From Antedon mediterranea (lineage: Eukaryota > Animalia > Echinodermata), in contig NC_092678.1 in NCBI RefSeq assembly GCF_964355755.1, positions 15,171,881 to 15,235,880 of the forward strand: a stretch of DNA of 64,000 nucleotides, in the 5' to 3' direction. The position numbers and the translations under genes were made by a program. Position 1 is the stretch's first letter. The number at the start of each line of letters is the position of its first letter. This document shows positions 14,913 to 26,300 of the stretch, in pieces. The notes under the pieces are model-generated. The model saw nothing but the letters and a program-made list of their open reading frames with translations, made no database searches and had not been told where the DNA came from.

Positions 14913-17140
14913 AATCCCATTATATCTGAGTTGAGTCCAAGGTTTGGCATTCAAGCTGGTGGAACTACACTAACATTCAGTGGATCCAATCTGAACACTG
15001 GGAATGGCGTACTAATGGTATCTATTGGTGGAAGTAAATGTTATGTTACAAGGTTCGAAATGACATGTTGTACTTTCATTATCGTCTAGTCTAATGATCG
15101 TAATGAAGCTGCAGGTTATGTTACAAAATAAATCTTTTTTTGTTTATAGATTAACATGTAGAATATTACTACTCCCAAGGAGGTTATATTTTGCAATATT
15201 TATTAGACAGATCTTTACCGATTTTAAACCACATAGAGATGTAATGAATACTCTATTACTTTTTGATAGCAATCCACACAAGGATCCTAATTCTGGACCA
15301 TTATTTTACTAATTTTAGAGCGTACTTCAAAAGGATGTATCTTTACCAAAATCTAACCACTGTTGATTTATTTTACAGTATCAATGAAAACCAGATGATG
15401 TGTACAACATCAAATTATACAACATCTGGAGCTGAAGTTGCAGTAACAGTTACATTTGGAAATGCTGTTAGAAATGGTCCTACCTTCACTTACACTAAAA
15501 AATCCCACAGTGACTGACTTCCAACCCAAACAAGGCATTCAAGCGTAAGAAGACATACTTTATGTTCTCAATTATAATACATGTATTCATGAATAAATGG
15601 TGAAGTACTGCAAAGTATACAAAGCTTCAGTAACAAACAATAATTGATTGATTAATAAATTGATTGCATACCTATTTCATTTCATTTCATTTATTTTGTC
15701 TCAGATACCAAAAAAAAACAATATAGGGAGACAGGATTCCCAAAAGCGAACTAAATCAAACTACCAAGTGGGTCTCCAACGTGGGTCTGTATCTCAATTG
15801 TTAGGAAAATCTTTTCTAAACATTCTCCTAAAATTTATGATTTTAAATAAATATTCAAAACAAAACAAGACAATGTATATATTTTAAATAATGTAAGTGT
15901 ATTGACATTTAAAAAAAATAATTTTATTGCAGAGGTGGTCAAAACATCATAGTGACAGGAACAAATTTTCAATATGTACAGAAAGCACAGATGTTAAATA
16001 TTATATTAACTGCAAATGTAAGATTTAAATTACGATTTGATGAATTTCGATTGAAAGAAAGAACACTTAACTACTAGTATTAGGGCATACTTACATAAAC
16101 CCACCATTAAGAATTTGGTAATGCCAATTTATTTAAAACTTTCTTCTTCAAAATGATTCTATAATTTTGTAGAAATACATATATCGAAGAATATTATATG
16201 AAATAATTGGGCAGGAAACAAAATAATATTTTTTCTTCCCAGATCTGTATAATTCTGTCAAATGAGAATATGGATTGTGAAAGTCCACCAGCTCATCTCT
16301 CCACACTAGGTAGAAGACGACAGGCAGACCAAGCAGTTTTAACTTTGACCTTTTCATTTGATGATTTTGTCATTTCGGATTTTCAGTTTACCCTAATCCA
16401 GTTTATTATCTCTTTGATAATAAGTCTTCTTACAGAGAGAAAACGGAAGATGGTGACTATAAACATGACAACAAAATTGATGAGTGTATGATTCTGATGG
16501 TAATTATAATATGTGAAAACATTTTTATTTGGTTTTGATTTAAGAGTTAGAATTCATCATTGTAAACCATTTAAATCTGTTGGACATGGTCAGTTGTTGT
16601 GGATATGATGCCGATTGGGCTTCTTTCCAGCCACTTGATGGTTTTGATATTTAGTGTCAGGAAAAGAGTCCTATATTTCTTCTTGTTTAATTTGTAATAA
16701 CAATTGATATTATTCTGAAATATTATCAACATATTTTAATTACAAAATTTAAATATTAGAAAAATAAAAATATAATTAATTACATAACATAGACTAAATA
16801 ATGTGCACTGTAAATTATTCTCATTACAAGTGTGAGAGAAAATAAGTGACCAATAAATTCAATACATTGCTACATTGGTTCATATAAAAATGCAATGGCG
16901 TTTTAAACTTGATTATAGTTTTGAGAATCCGTATTTTATTTATACCCAACATTTAAAAAAACCTGTATATTTACATAATAGGGGTCTGACATCAACCTTG
17001 CTAGTGATGTTGAGGATGTTGAAGTCTTCATAGGAAGTGTTAAATGCACTGTAGATTCAATAAAACGTACAGTAGTTCTTGTTGAGATACCAGACATGGA
17101 ACCTAATCCAGTAGATGGTGAAGATCATCCTATTGTTATG
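14913..17140 (+). pseudogene. Plexin-like IPT/TIG-domain exons (14913-15052, 15379-15544, 15933-16017, 16243-16499, 16982-17140)
   Basis: AG/GT-bounded exons encode NPIISELSPRFGIQAGGTTLTFSGSNL, FTYTKNP..., GGQNIIVTGTNF and GSDINLASDVEDVEVFIGSVKCTV, typical of successive plexin IPT domains. Frameshift in the A-run at about 15500 and a disruption at about 16390. No further exons seen after the Polinton. Confidence 0.85.
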
Positions 17141-17444
17141 GTAGGTCGTGAGCTCACTAGATCATACTTTTAATATTATATATAATATATTTATAATTTT
17201 CAATAGTCTGTAACCAATAATGTCAAAATCACAAATTGTTTGTAAACGAACTCAGCAATATTGTAATATTAATCAATTTATTTTATTTTTAAGATGAACT
17301 ACGTTATTTATGTTGTTCTGTTTTAATTGCTGTTTAGACTTAGGCTGAATAAGTAAAACAACGTTTAGAACTTAGAGACCAAAAGTGTAATTTTACAAAA
17401 TTCTAATTTTAGACTTTGCTACTTAAACATTTTTGAATATATTC

Positions 17445-17609
17445 AATGTCGGACATACGTTTGCTAGTCCGCAATACAAAAGGGTGGTGAAAAAAGATAT
17501 CGATACCATAGATATAAGAAACGACACGGGAGAAAAGGTATCATTTCAACGAGGAAGGGTTCTCGCTAAACTACATTTCAGACAGGCCAGATCAACGTAC
17601 CTCGTTTAA
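17445..17609 (+). pseudogene. Polinton minor capsid (penton-like) protein, C-terminal fragment
   Basis: TFASPQYKRVVKKDIDT.DIRNDTGEKVSFQRGRVLAKLHFRQ* matches the I.I.D..G..V.F..G.....LHFR terminus of Maverick minor capsid proteins; 5' part missing. Confidence 0.75.
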
Positions 17610-17632
17610 AAAACAACAACAAATAAATAAAG

Positions 17633-18019
17633 ATGGGGTCAGATGATTACGAAGATTACTACGTCAGACAGGCTGGCGGTATCGATATACCGGTGTTCCA
17701 AGGGTCGTACAATCAAAGAGGGTTCGGGTTGGGAGGTATCTTGTCCGGTCTCTTTAAACAGGCTGTACCATTGCTAAAGAAAGGTGCAAAGGCTCTCGGA
17801 AAACAAGCATTGCGCACGGGTGGTGAATTAGTGGGAGATGTTCTGAGCGGTAAAAACGTTAAACAAGCTGCAAAACGCAGATTTACTCAGGCGGGTCAAC
17901 GTATCGTTTCCCAATATGGTAACGGTAGGGTGAATAAAAAGAGAAAACGTAAGCGTAAAGGCATCAGTCGATCGAACGCAAAGAGAGTAAGAAGATCCTC
18001 CGATATATTCGATATCTAA
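17633..18019 (+). CDS. Polinton basic core protein (adenovirus pVII-like)
   Basis: Intact 128-aa ORF: YEDYYVRQAGG...PVFQG...QRGFGLGG, followed by an Arg/Lys-rich tail and ending DIF; sits directly upstream of the major capsid gene. Confidence 0.8.
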   Translation: MGSDDYEDYYVRQAGGIDIPVFQGSYNQRGFGLGGILSGLFKQAVPLLKKGAKALGKQALRTGGELVGDVLSGKNVKQAAKRRFTQAGQRIVSQYGNGRVNKKRKRKRKGISRSNAKRVRRSSDIFDI

Positions 18020-18022
18020 AAA

Positions 18023-19494
18023 ATGGCTTTTGTACACATCACTCGTGCGAGTGTTTAAAATCGGAATTGGACTTGTTTTCTGTACCACCGACACAGACTA
18101 GTATAACCAAAGGATTGGACAATGGGTGCAGTATCACCTTTTCAACAGCATCACCGACGTGGGCCCCTTGCAATTTAACATACAAGAGTCCAGCGAGGAA
18201 TACATGGATTTGTCGCAGACGATGCTTAATGTTAAACTAAAAATTACTAAACAAGACGGAACCGATCTCCAGCCCGCCGATCCGGTAGGCCCTGCCAATT
18301 TACTTTTGCAATCATTGTTTAGCGAAGTTGACGTTTCTTTGAACGAGAGATTGATTACCCCTTCGACAAATACTTATTCGTATAGGGCATTAATTGAAAC
18401 ATTACTGACTTATGGATCCGATGCCAAGAATACACACCTCACGGGTGGGTTGTTTCATAAAGACACGGCAGGTAAAATGGATGTAGCTGACCCTACGCTA
18501 GCCGAAAATGCGGTGAATAAAGGTCTTAAAAAACGGGCTCAATACATTGGCGGTAGTCGTTTTGTCGACTTGATTGGACCTATTCATTGCGATATATTTT
18601 TCCAAGATCGGATGATGCTCAGCGGTGTAGATGTCAAAATTAAACTGCATCGAAGTAAAAACGCATTTAGTCTCATGTCTTCAGATGCCGAGGCCGGTTT
18701 TAAGATCCGCCTGGAAGACGCGTCCTTGTTTGTTCGCAAAGTCCGCCTGAACCCGTCTATCGCGCTAGCCCACGCAAAAGCTCTGGAACGCGGTCCGGCC
18801 AAATACCCGCTGCGTCGCGTTGAGGTCAAGACATTAACTATACCGCGCGAAAAGCTATCGTTTACGAGGGAATCGCTGTACAACGGTAATCTACCGAAAC
18901 GTCTGGTTGTAGGACTGGTGACCACCGAAGCATTCAACGGTAGCTACGAGAAGAATCCCTACAATTTTCAACATTTCAACATCAATTTCCTGGCTCTGGA
19001 TGGAAAATGTCATTTATTATTAAATGACGAAATAACTAAATATATAATGTAAAACTACTGTAATAATAACAAAGGGGGCAGCCACCATTACATTATGTAG
19101 GTTATGGTATTGATATTACATCTAATACCTTACATTACATATATTGACGGTGAGCAAGTACCGTGGAAACCGTTAAAACCAACGTTCGAAGACGGAGGCA
19201 GCTACATGCTGGCGTATCAGGGTCTATTTTCGGGTTCTAACACGTTGTTCCAGGATACCGGAAATCAGATTTCTAGAGACGATTATCCTAAAGGCTATTC
19301 GTTGTTTGCTTTTGACCGGACTCCCGATTTGGCAAATGCCGGACATTTTAATCTAATTCGGCAGGGAATTAAATATACGTTTAGAAATTCAGTTTTCTAC
19401 GGCTTTGACCGAGACCATCAACATTTTAGTTTATTCAGAATTTGATTCAATCATAGAAATTGACAAGTCTCGTAACGTAATTATAGATTTTTAA
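18023..19494 (+). pseudogene. Polinton major capsid protein (double jelly-roll), disrupted
   Basis: Starts MAFVHHSCECLKSELDLFSVPPTQTSI, continues through ORF 18126-19052, resumes YIDGEQVP after a 141-bp insertion and ends EFDSIIEIDKSRNVIIDF*. Frameshifts near 18115 and 19370. Confidence 0.9.
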
Positions 19495-19496
19495 TT

Positions 19497-20020
19497 ATGA
19501 ACACGATACAACTATTGAGGTTAATTAAATCAGATCCGTTGGCTAGTGGATACTTTCGAGGGGTGTACCCGTCTGACTTGTTACCTTTAGGGCATACGGG
19601 ATATCCTAGAGCTTACATAGCAAACGTTGAGCCTAGCGGTCAAAACGGTTCGCATTGGGTAGCTTTCTTTTTTAACAATTTAAACGAAGGTGAATTTTTC
19701 GATTCTTTTGGGAACCCCCCAAATTACTATAGTAATCATTTTGTTAATTTTCTCGATAACTCTGTAGAAAGTTGGACATTTAACGATAAAGCGTTACAAG
19801 CGCCCTTGTCTACGGTATGCGGACAGTATTGTATTTTTATATTCTTCATAAATGCAGAAGAGTGGATACGTCCACGATAGTAAATATGTTTGGTAAAGAT
19901 AAACCATCCAATGATTGGTTCGTCAATGATTTTGTAAAACGTCGATACGATGTTAACTTACCCGTATACGATAGTGAATATATTAAAGTACAATTTGTCA
20001 AAATGTTATTGAATGCGTAG
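19497..20020 (+). pseudogene. Adenain-like (C5) maturation cysteine protease
   Basis: GSHWVAF (His), FFDSFG (Asp) and LQAPLSTVCGQYC (Gln/Cys); one frameshift in the T-run at about 19835 joins ORFs 19497-19880 and 19817-20020. Confidence 0.92.
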
Positions 20021-20162
20021 TAAATAAAAATTGTTTTTTAAAATGGATATGTTTTGGACGTTTTATTTATCGAGTGACTACAACAACAAATTCGAGTTTA
20101 TTTTATTTCTTTCTTTTTTATTCAATTCCTTTCTCATTATAGTACATAAAGATTAATGTTTT

Positions 20163-20933
20163 TTAAAAATTTAACCATTTAGGTTTAGGTTGTCTAGCTG
20201 AACGCCTCTTGGCAGGCGCTCGAAAGGTAAGTTTTTCATTTTCATCATCATCGTCATCGAGGTCATAATCCTTCTCATTCTTTCGTTTAGGTAGTGCGTG
20301 AGGAGGTGTACCGCTCGATTTAATTCTCTGTAAGGTACGACGTCTCGTCGGATTTCCAATCAAACTTTCTGGGGTGTTCAATTTCGCCAATACCGTTATA
20401 AAATCCCTCCAGCCTATAGGTTCAAATCCTTTCTTTTCTTGTATTATATCTTTTGTCAAATCTAGTAAATTACTCCCCTTTACCATTTGTCCTTCGATTA
20501 GTAGTTCACCGTATCTTGACCAATCAATTTCTCCCATCTTCCGGTAACGGTCTAGCCGGTCCAGAAATGTTTTTGTTTTGGATTTCAACGATGAGGGCAT
20601 ACTTTGTAGTATTTCTTTAGATATAGAGTCCGTATAATCTTCTTTTGATTCTGCGCCATTTTCGTTTATTTCAACATTCCCCGTTTGTTGTACGTTCAAG
20701 CTCATAGGTGAAGGGTTATTTACGGGTTTCTCTTTATTTAAATATCGTTGAAGTACTTGATTGTACATGGTAATTTTATCGTAATCGTGCAAGTCATCCC
20801 TTTCGAGTATACCCTTCATAGAATTATCTTACCCAGAAGTGATTGTCTCATGATTTTTCTCGTAACGTTTACTGTACAAAGCCGTATTTGCCAGTTCTTG
20901 GGGTATCAATACCATTTTCTTGGTGTGCCGCAT
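20163..20933 (-). CDS. Conserved Polinton hypothetical protein (5' end disrupted)
   Basis: MRHTKKMVLIPQ start at 20933, overlapping the upstream stop (TAATG); then MKGILERDDL..YNQVLQRYL and W...GEL.I.G..V.GSNLLDL...P.GW.DF...L...N.P..LIGN, a pattern recognised from Maverick ORFs. Confidence 0.7.
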
Positions 20934-21259
20934 TATTTCAAAAGTAAACTACCCAATGTTTGTAGAATCGGTTGTAATATAAGACCGAGGAAGCCGCCCT
21001 TTTGAATAAGTAAACGTTTTCTCTTGAGAGGCGAAATGCTTTTATTGGTAATATCGCGCATGTGTTTCTTGTACCGAGCCAACTTCTTCTTGTGAGCGTT
21101 GGATACTTGCACTCGACCTTTTAAAACATTCATTGCGCATTCACACAAAGCCGTCACCAGTTGATCGTCCGCGTTTTCCAAGATAATTTTTCTTTGACGC
21201 GGTGAACAGTGGGCTAGGAAACGAATAGTTTCAGCGTTCTTTTTGATACGTTTCGACAT
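20933..21259 (-). CDS. Polinton small basic virion protein with C-terminal QKGG/F protease-site-like motif (pX/mu-like)
   Basis: Intact 108-aa ORF MSKRIKKN...ALCECAMNVLKG...KRKRLLIQKGGFLGLILQPILQTLGSLL*; amphipathic tail after the GG/F site. Confidence 0.75.
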   Translation of the reverse strand: MSKRIKKNAETIRFLAHCSPRQRKIILENADDQLVTALCECAMNVLKGRVQVSNAHKKKLARYKKHMRDITNKSISPLKRKRLLIQKGGFLGLILQPILQTLGSLLLK

Positions 21260-21344
21260 GATGTTGGTAAATAGGTAAATGAATAAATAGAACGGTACAG
21301 GCTGCGTTTTATATTCTAGGCACGTAAACAAAGTGATTGGTTTT

Positions 21345-21816
21345 TTAAAATATGTTACTTCTAACCCTCATTTCCTCAGGGGTATTTGCTTTTAGATCGA
21401 TTAAAAGAAAACCGTACGGTACGCGGGTAGCGTCTTCAAAAGCCTCCTGTAAAAAACGTCCTTTACCGGGGTACATTTGTTTAGATAGATTAGCTATTTG
21501 TGATTTATCTCGAGTGTTTTTAAATAGTATTATGTAGTGAGCGTTTAAAGTGATGGTGCGGATTTCTTTAGAACCGTAAAAAAAGTTTTGCATAATGAAT
21601 ATAACCGAAATGTTTCTATGATGCGATCCCTTTGTAAACATGTTTACTACTCTTTTATCGCGGCTACACTCGGTCATTAAATCATCGATGATTACTAAAT
21701 GGTTTTTTACGATAGTGAATATATTAAAGTACAATTTGCTTCACGAAATATGATTTTCTCGATGAGGTCGGCCCGCTAATTACGGCGGTGAAGGGGGTTA
21801 CCAGTACACACGTCAT
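21345..21816 (-). pseudogene. A32/FtsK-like packaging ATPase with internal deletion
   Basis: N-terminus MTCVLVTPFTAVISGPTSSRKSYFVK (Walker A, G to R) at 21816-21739; Walker B LVIIDDLM, FTKGSHHRNISV and RTITLNAHYIILFKN follow out of frame. Confidence 0.92.
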
Positions 21817-22047
21817 CTTCAGTTTCAATGAGTCATACCCCTTGTATATCGGTATTTTATAACGAGGGGGTTCCTTATCCACATCACCCTATTTTAAAAA
21901 CTGTCAACTAATGAAAGGGAGAGAAAGGGCCGAGGTTATAAACCAATAGGAGTTTAATAATGATAATTACGTTAACAAATGATTGTATATCAAAACCTAA
22001 AAATCAATTCCAACGTCATTAGCGTCTGTACACTAGTAGAGAGAGAA

Positions 22048-22602
22048 ATGGCAGATTTGGAAAAACTGACTTTATCGTACATTGAATATAAATTAACGGG
22101 GGTAGTTGTGTGGGACTCCCCAATCCTTCATAGTATTATTCGCCTTTGTAACGAGGTGGACAAAAAGTATGGTTTGATTGCCTTGTGTAAAGACATTACT
22201 ACGGAGACGTTGGATAGTGTGTTGAAAGAAATGATGATAGACCAAAATATACACGTCGGTAGACTCGTGACAGGAATTTCAGTGTGCGCACGTGTTGCGA
22301 TGCAGTGTGATACTGATTTAGAATTAGAAATCGTTAAACGCGTATCCTGCGAATTTGTGAAGGAAAGGTTTTCTTTATTAGAACTTTGTAACGACAGTGA
22401 TTTGGTAAGTAAATTTCTTTTTCTTTTTATTCTCATTTTAGCAATTAAGTTTTTTTTATTTTATCTTTTATTTATTATTATTATTATTTTTTTATAGGAA
22501 CTTGGTCTGTGTAGTAAGAAGCTAGGAATTAACAGAGCATGGTACTTGATCGACTGACTAGTAGGCATTTGTATAGCCTTGTTGGAACAAACTGTTTGGT
22601 GA
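22048..22602 (+). CDS. Bcl-2-like protein inside the Polinton, two exons (22048-22404, 22498-22602); stop within the TM tail
   Basis: BH4-like LEKLTLSYIEYKL, BH3-like IIRLCNEVDKKY, BH1-like VLKEMMIDQNIHVGRLVT. GTAAGT...TTTTATAG phase-0 intron. Exon 2 gives a hydrophobic tail AWYLID*LVGICIALL, then AATAAA. Confidence 0.65.
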
Positions 22603-22839
22603 CATTGGATAAATAAAATATTTAAACAAGGAAGAGGAGAGATTACAATATTTATATTGGATAGGATAAAATAAAAATACAGTCAACACTACGCATGTCT
22701 TTTGTTGTTGTTGTTGTCGTCGTCATCGTCGTCGTCTACGTTAAGAAACAGACAAGTATATAATATTATAAACAAGTACGGTGTATACATTTATTTCTCG
22801 TAAAACAAAATTATGATAAAGAAAACAATTATTTACAAA

Positions 22840-23240
22840 AATAAATTTGAAACGGTAACGATATAAGAATTCAAAAGGAAAAAATATTTAAATTAAAATT
22901 ACAAAATATATTTGCTTTAAAAAAAAAAAATAGAAACGGTATCGACTTTATAAACTTTATAAACAAAATTGAAAATGTATAAAAAATATTTACATTAAAA
23001 CTTAAAATATAATTTGCTTAAACAACAAAAAAGGAAACGGTAACGACATAAGAACTCAAATGTAAAAAAATATTTAAATTAAAATTACAAAATATATTTA
23101 CTTAATCTACTAACAGAGAAACGGTACCGACTTTATAAACAAAATTTAAAAAAAATTTGATTAAAAACATGTATAAAAATATTTACATTAAAACTACAAA
23201 TATATTTTGCTTAAGCTACAAAAAAGGAAACGAATTTATA
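22840..23240. repeat. Degenerate AT-rich tandem repeats in the Polinton intergenic region
   Basis: GAAACGGTA(A/T/C)CGA followed by TATTTA(A/C)ATTAAAA(T/C)T blocks recur at about 22850, 22935, 23035 and 23118, with a partial copy near 23228. Confidence 0.6.
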
Positions 23241-23339
23241 AAGGAAATTGAGTGCATGAAATTACATAAAAAGTAACAATTAATTATTTATATATATAAA
23301 AAAAAGTAAGTTATATTTTAAAAGAAAAAGAGATGAAAT

Positions 23340-26300
23340 TTATTGCAGTGATTCACCAAACATAACCGTAAGGAACTGTACGGTAATTTTCGATAATAAT
23401 TCTTTATCGTACACGATTCGATAGTCTTTAGTCGATGTTTCGTTGACTATCTTACGTGTTTTTGGCTTGCGCGTTATGCGATTCTTCTCAACTGTCTTAA
23501 TTGTATTAGGACCAATACCTCTTACCATATTGGAAACGGTGTCAAAGTTAATTTTCTGAGCGTTTGTAAAATTAAGGGTAAAACCTTTAACTTTACAAAC
23601 AGTCTTCCCTGTATCCAATTTATAGGCGTAGTTCTTAGGCCCCCCAGAAACAAAGGACTCGATGTACTTACCGTCTTTAGGGTCGACCTTGGTCGTTAAC
23701 TGACCCAAGTAGTCGCCCAGGGGAGGGTCCCAAACCCCGGGTTTTGACACGTAGATTACGCTGTCGGTATCGTAATACAGGACACGTTCCTGTAATTTCT
23801 CCAACAGCTTGTATAATTTTAAACGCGCTAGCGCAGTGGTAAATGCGGCAATGACAACGTTAACCTTTCGGTTAACTTCAACAAATTGTTCTTCGTCTTC
23901 GTATTTTATTTCAGCCAAATCATCATTAACAAAATTTAGATCATGAACGACTACCCGTTGGTTCGATAAAATATCGTAAACCTCGTTAGGATCTTGCGTA
24001 TATTTAATTCTCGTGAGATTTTCACGCTGACCAAATTTACCCCAAAAACTATTTAGCATTAATTTGGCCAGAGATCGAAGCCCAGGATTGTACGCAATGT
24101 CGTCATGATTCAAGTCGATACCTTCTACGGTTCGATAGTCCGAAATGTATTTTTGTTTATCTTCGGGCGTTTTACACCATTCAGGCCAACCCGAAGCTTC
24201 TTGTTTCAATTTTAAAAATGTGTTAATGTAAGAGGCAAATAGACCGGACGAGAGAGAATCTGCAGAGTACGCACTTTTATTTTTAAAGTGCCATACTACG
24301 TGAACTTTACGTATCTCGTACCCAACCTCCACGGCTTTAGCGACCTCGATCGTTGCCCAAGAACCTGTAAATTCTCTATCTGTACCAGAATGATTGCAAG
24401 CGGTTTGTTTTTGAGAATCGACGCATGTTCTACAGAGAGCAAACATTAATTTACCGTTTGATCTATAAGGTAAGACTGGATGGAATACATTTTTAGGCGC
24501 TTCGATAGTACACTTTATCAAACCGAAATACTCGTTGATATCTGTGGAAATGTCTTTGCGATCATCGATTTCAGGATGTCCTACGGGGTAGGAACCGTAT
24601 TTATTTACATAAGGGTACAAGGAAGTATAATCGATGTAATTAATTTCTTCACCCGGTTTTACCTTATAGAACAAACAACTGGCATTAGTCCTCCCACCGA
24701 AAAACGCGTCTCTTGGATTCAAAGTTTTCCTAATGAAAGGAACTTTGGAGACGATAGATTTAATGTTTGGGGCCAACGATTGTTTGATCCGTTTCCATTC
24801 GTGTTCCCAAATTTCGACGTACTCGAAATCTGGAAATTGTTCCTTCAGAAACCGTGATTTCTTGCTTGTCTTGACAAAGCATTCCAATATGGTCTCGTTA
24901 TTGAAGGGATTAATGGAATCGGGTCTATAACAATCTTGGCACCCGTGGAATAAACAACCCATAAATTCGAAAATTATTTTGTTTTCTGAACATTCGCAGT
25001 CGACAAAGTAAGGTCCAAACATTTTGTCCCCTCCATTTCTGGCATGATGGATAAAGACCCCCCTTCTATGCGACTCGTAACACAACCATTCCATGCTAGA
25101 GTGAGAATGGTTAACGGTTGTTAGATACCCTGATGGTGGAAATAGAGCGATGGTTGTTTTAAAACATTTCTAGAAAATACGTGGTTACACGCTGAGGCAA
25201 TTGTCATTAAATTATTTGAAAAGAGGTCAACACCGCCGCGTAGAGGGTTTTTCTGCGATATAGTTACTTTCAAAAAAAGATGTCTAAAAGTAAGACAACA
25301 CTTTCTGAGAATATCTACATCGCTGATACAATACTCAACGAGTTCTTTTTGAAGATCAAATACTTGACTACTTTCAATTTTCTGGTTGTACCATTTAAAG
25401 AAAGATTCTCGACATGAAGTAGTCATTTTATCGGGGGAATAATTTGAAGAATCGGGGTAAGGACCTACGTAATTTTGATTATCTACAGAATTGAAATAAT
25501 GAGGAAAGTAACCCTTTTAAAGTTCGGAGATGGCAAAAGTTTTGGGCAATTTGGATAGAGGCATGGGCAGAAATGAAAGGGAATCGATGAATCGAATGTT
25601 CGTTTCTTTAGTCCTAATCGAAATAAGTTTACCACCGCGAGCAATTACATCCGGTACAATGGAGTTTTTGTACAGGTAGTTGAGCACGAAGTAGCTATCA
25701 TAACCCTGGAAGTTGTGAGCGATACACGTAATATTATCGTTATATTTGTAATCTTTGAATACGTAATTGCAGAAATCTACGCATGCAGACCCCCCGTGAA
25801 AACCCATTGATTTTTCCCCACACACGTCACAATCGGCGGAATCATTAGCACCGTCGATACAATTAAGACAAGTTTTTTGAAGAACGCATAAATTTGGTTT
25901 GTGTTCGCCTGTATCTTGCGTGCATTCGAAATCAAAAAAGAAATATTTAGTGACAGCTCTGTTACGGGCCTCCTGATTCTTTTTTTCAGTATGCTTAGGG
26001 GCTACAACCGGTTCCATGTAGCATTGATGATCGTATGAAACGAAAGTCCGACAAATTCTACAAAAATGGTTTTGACAATTGTGATCTTTTTGAACGATCC
26101 TATTACAAGTTGAAAAATTTTTAATTTTGTCACATACTGAAACTTTTTTAGAATCAGGATATTTTTTATGATTGGTGAAACATTGCGTATCCTTAAAAAA
26201 TCTATTACATTCTTTACACTCTATTCTACTCTCTCTATTTACAAAAGAATTAGAAGAGGGGCAGTCGTTGTGCTTGCACAGCACGCACGTAAATTGACAA

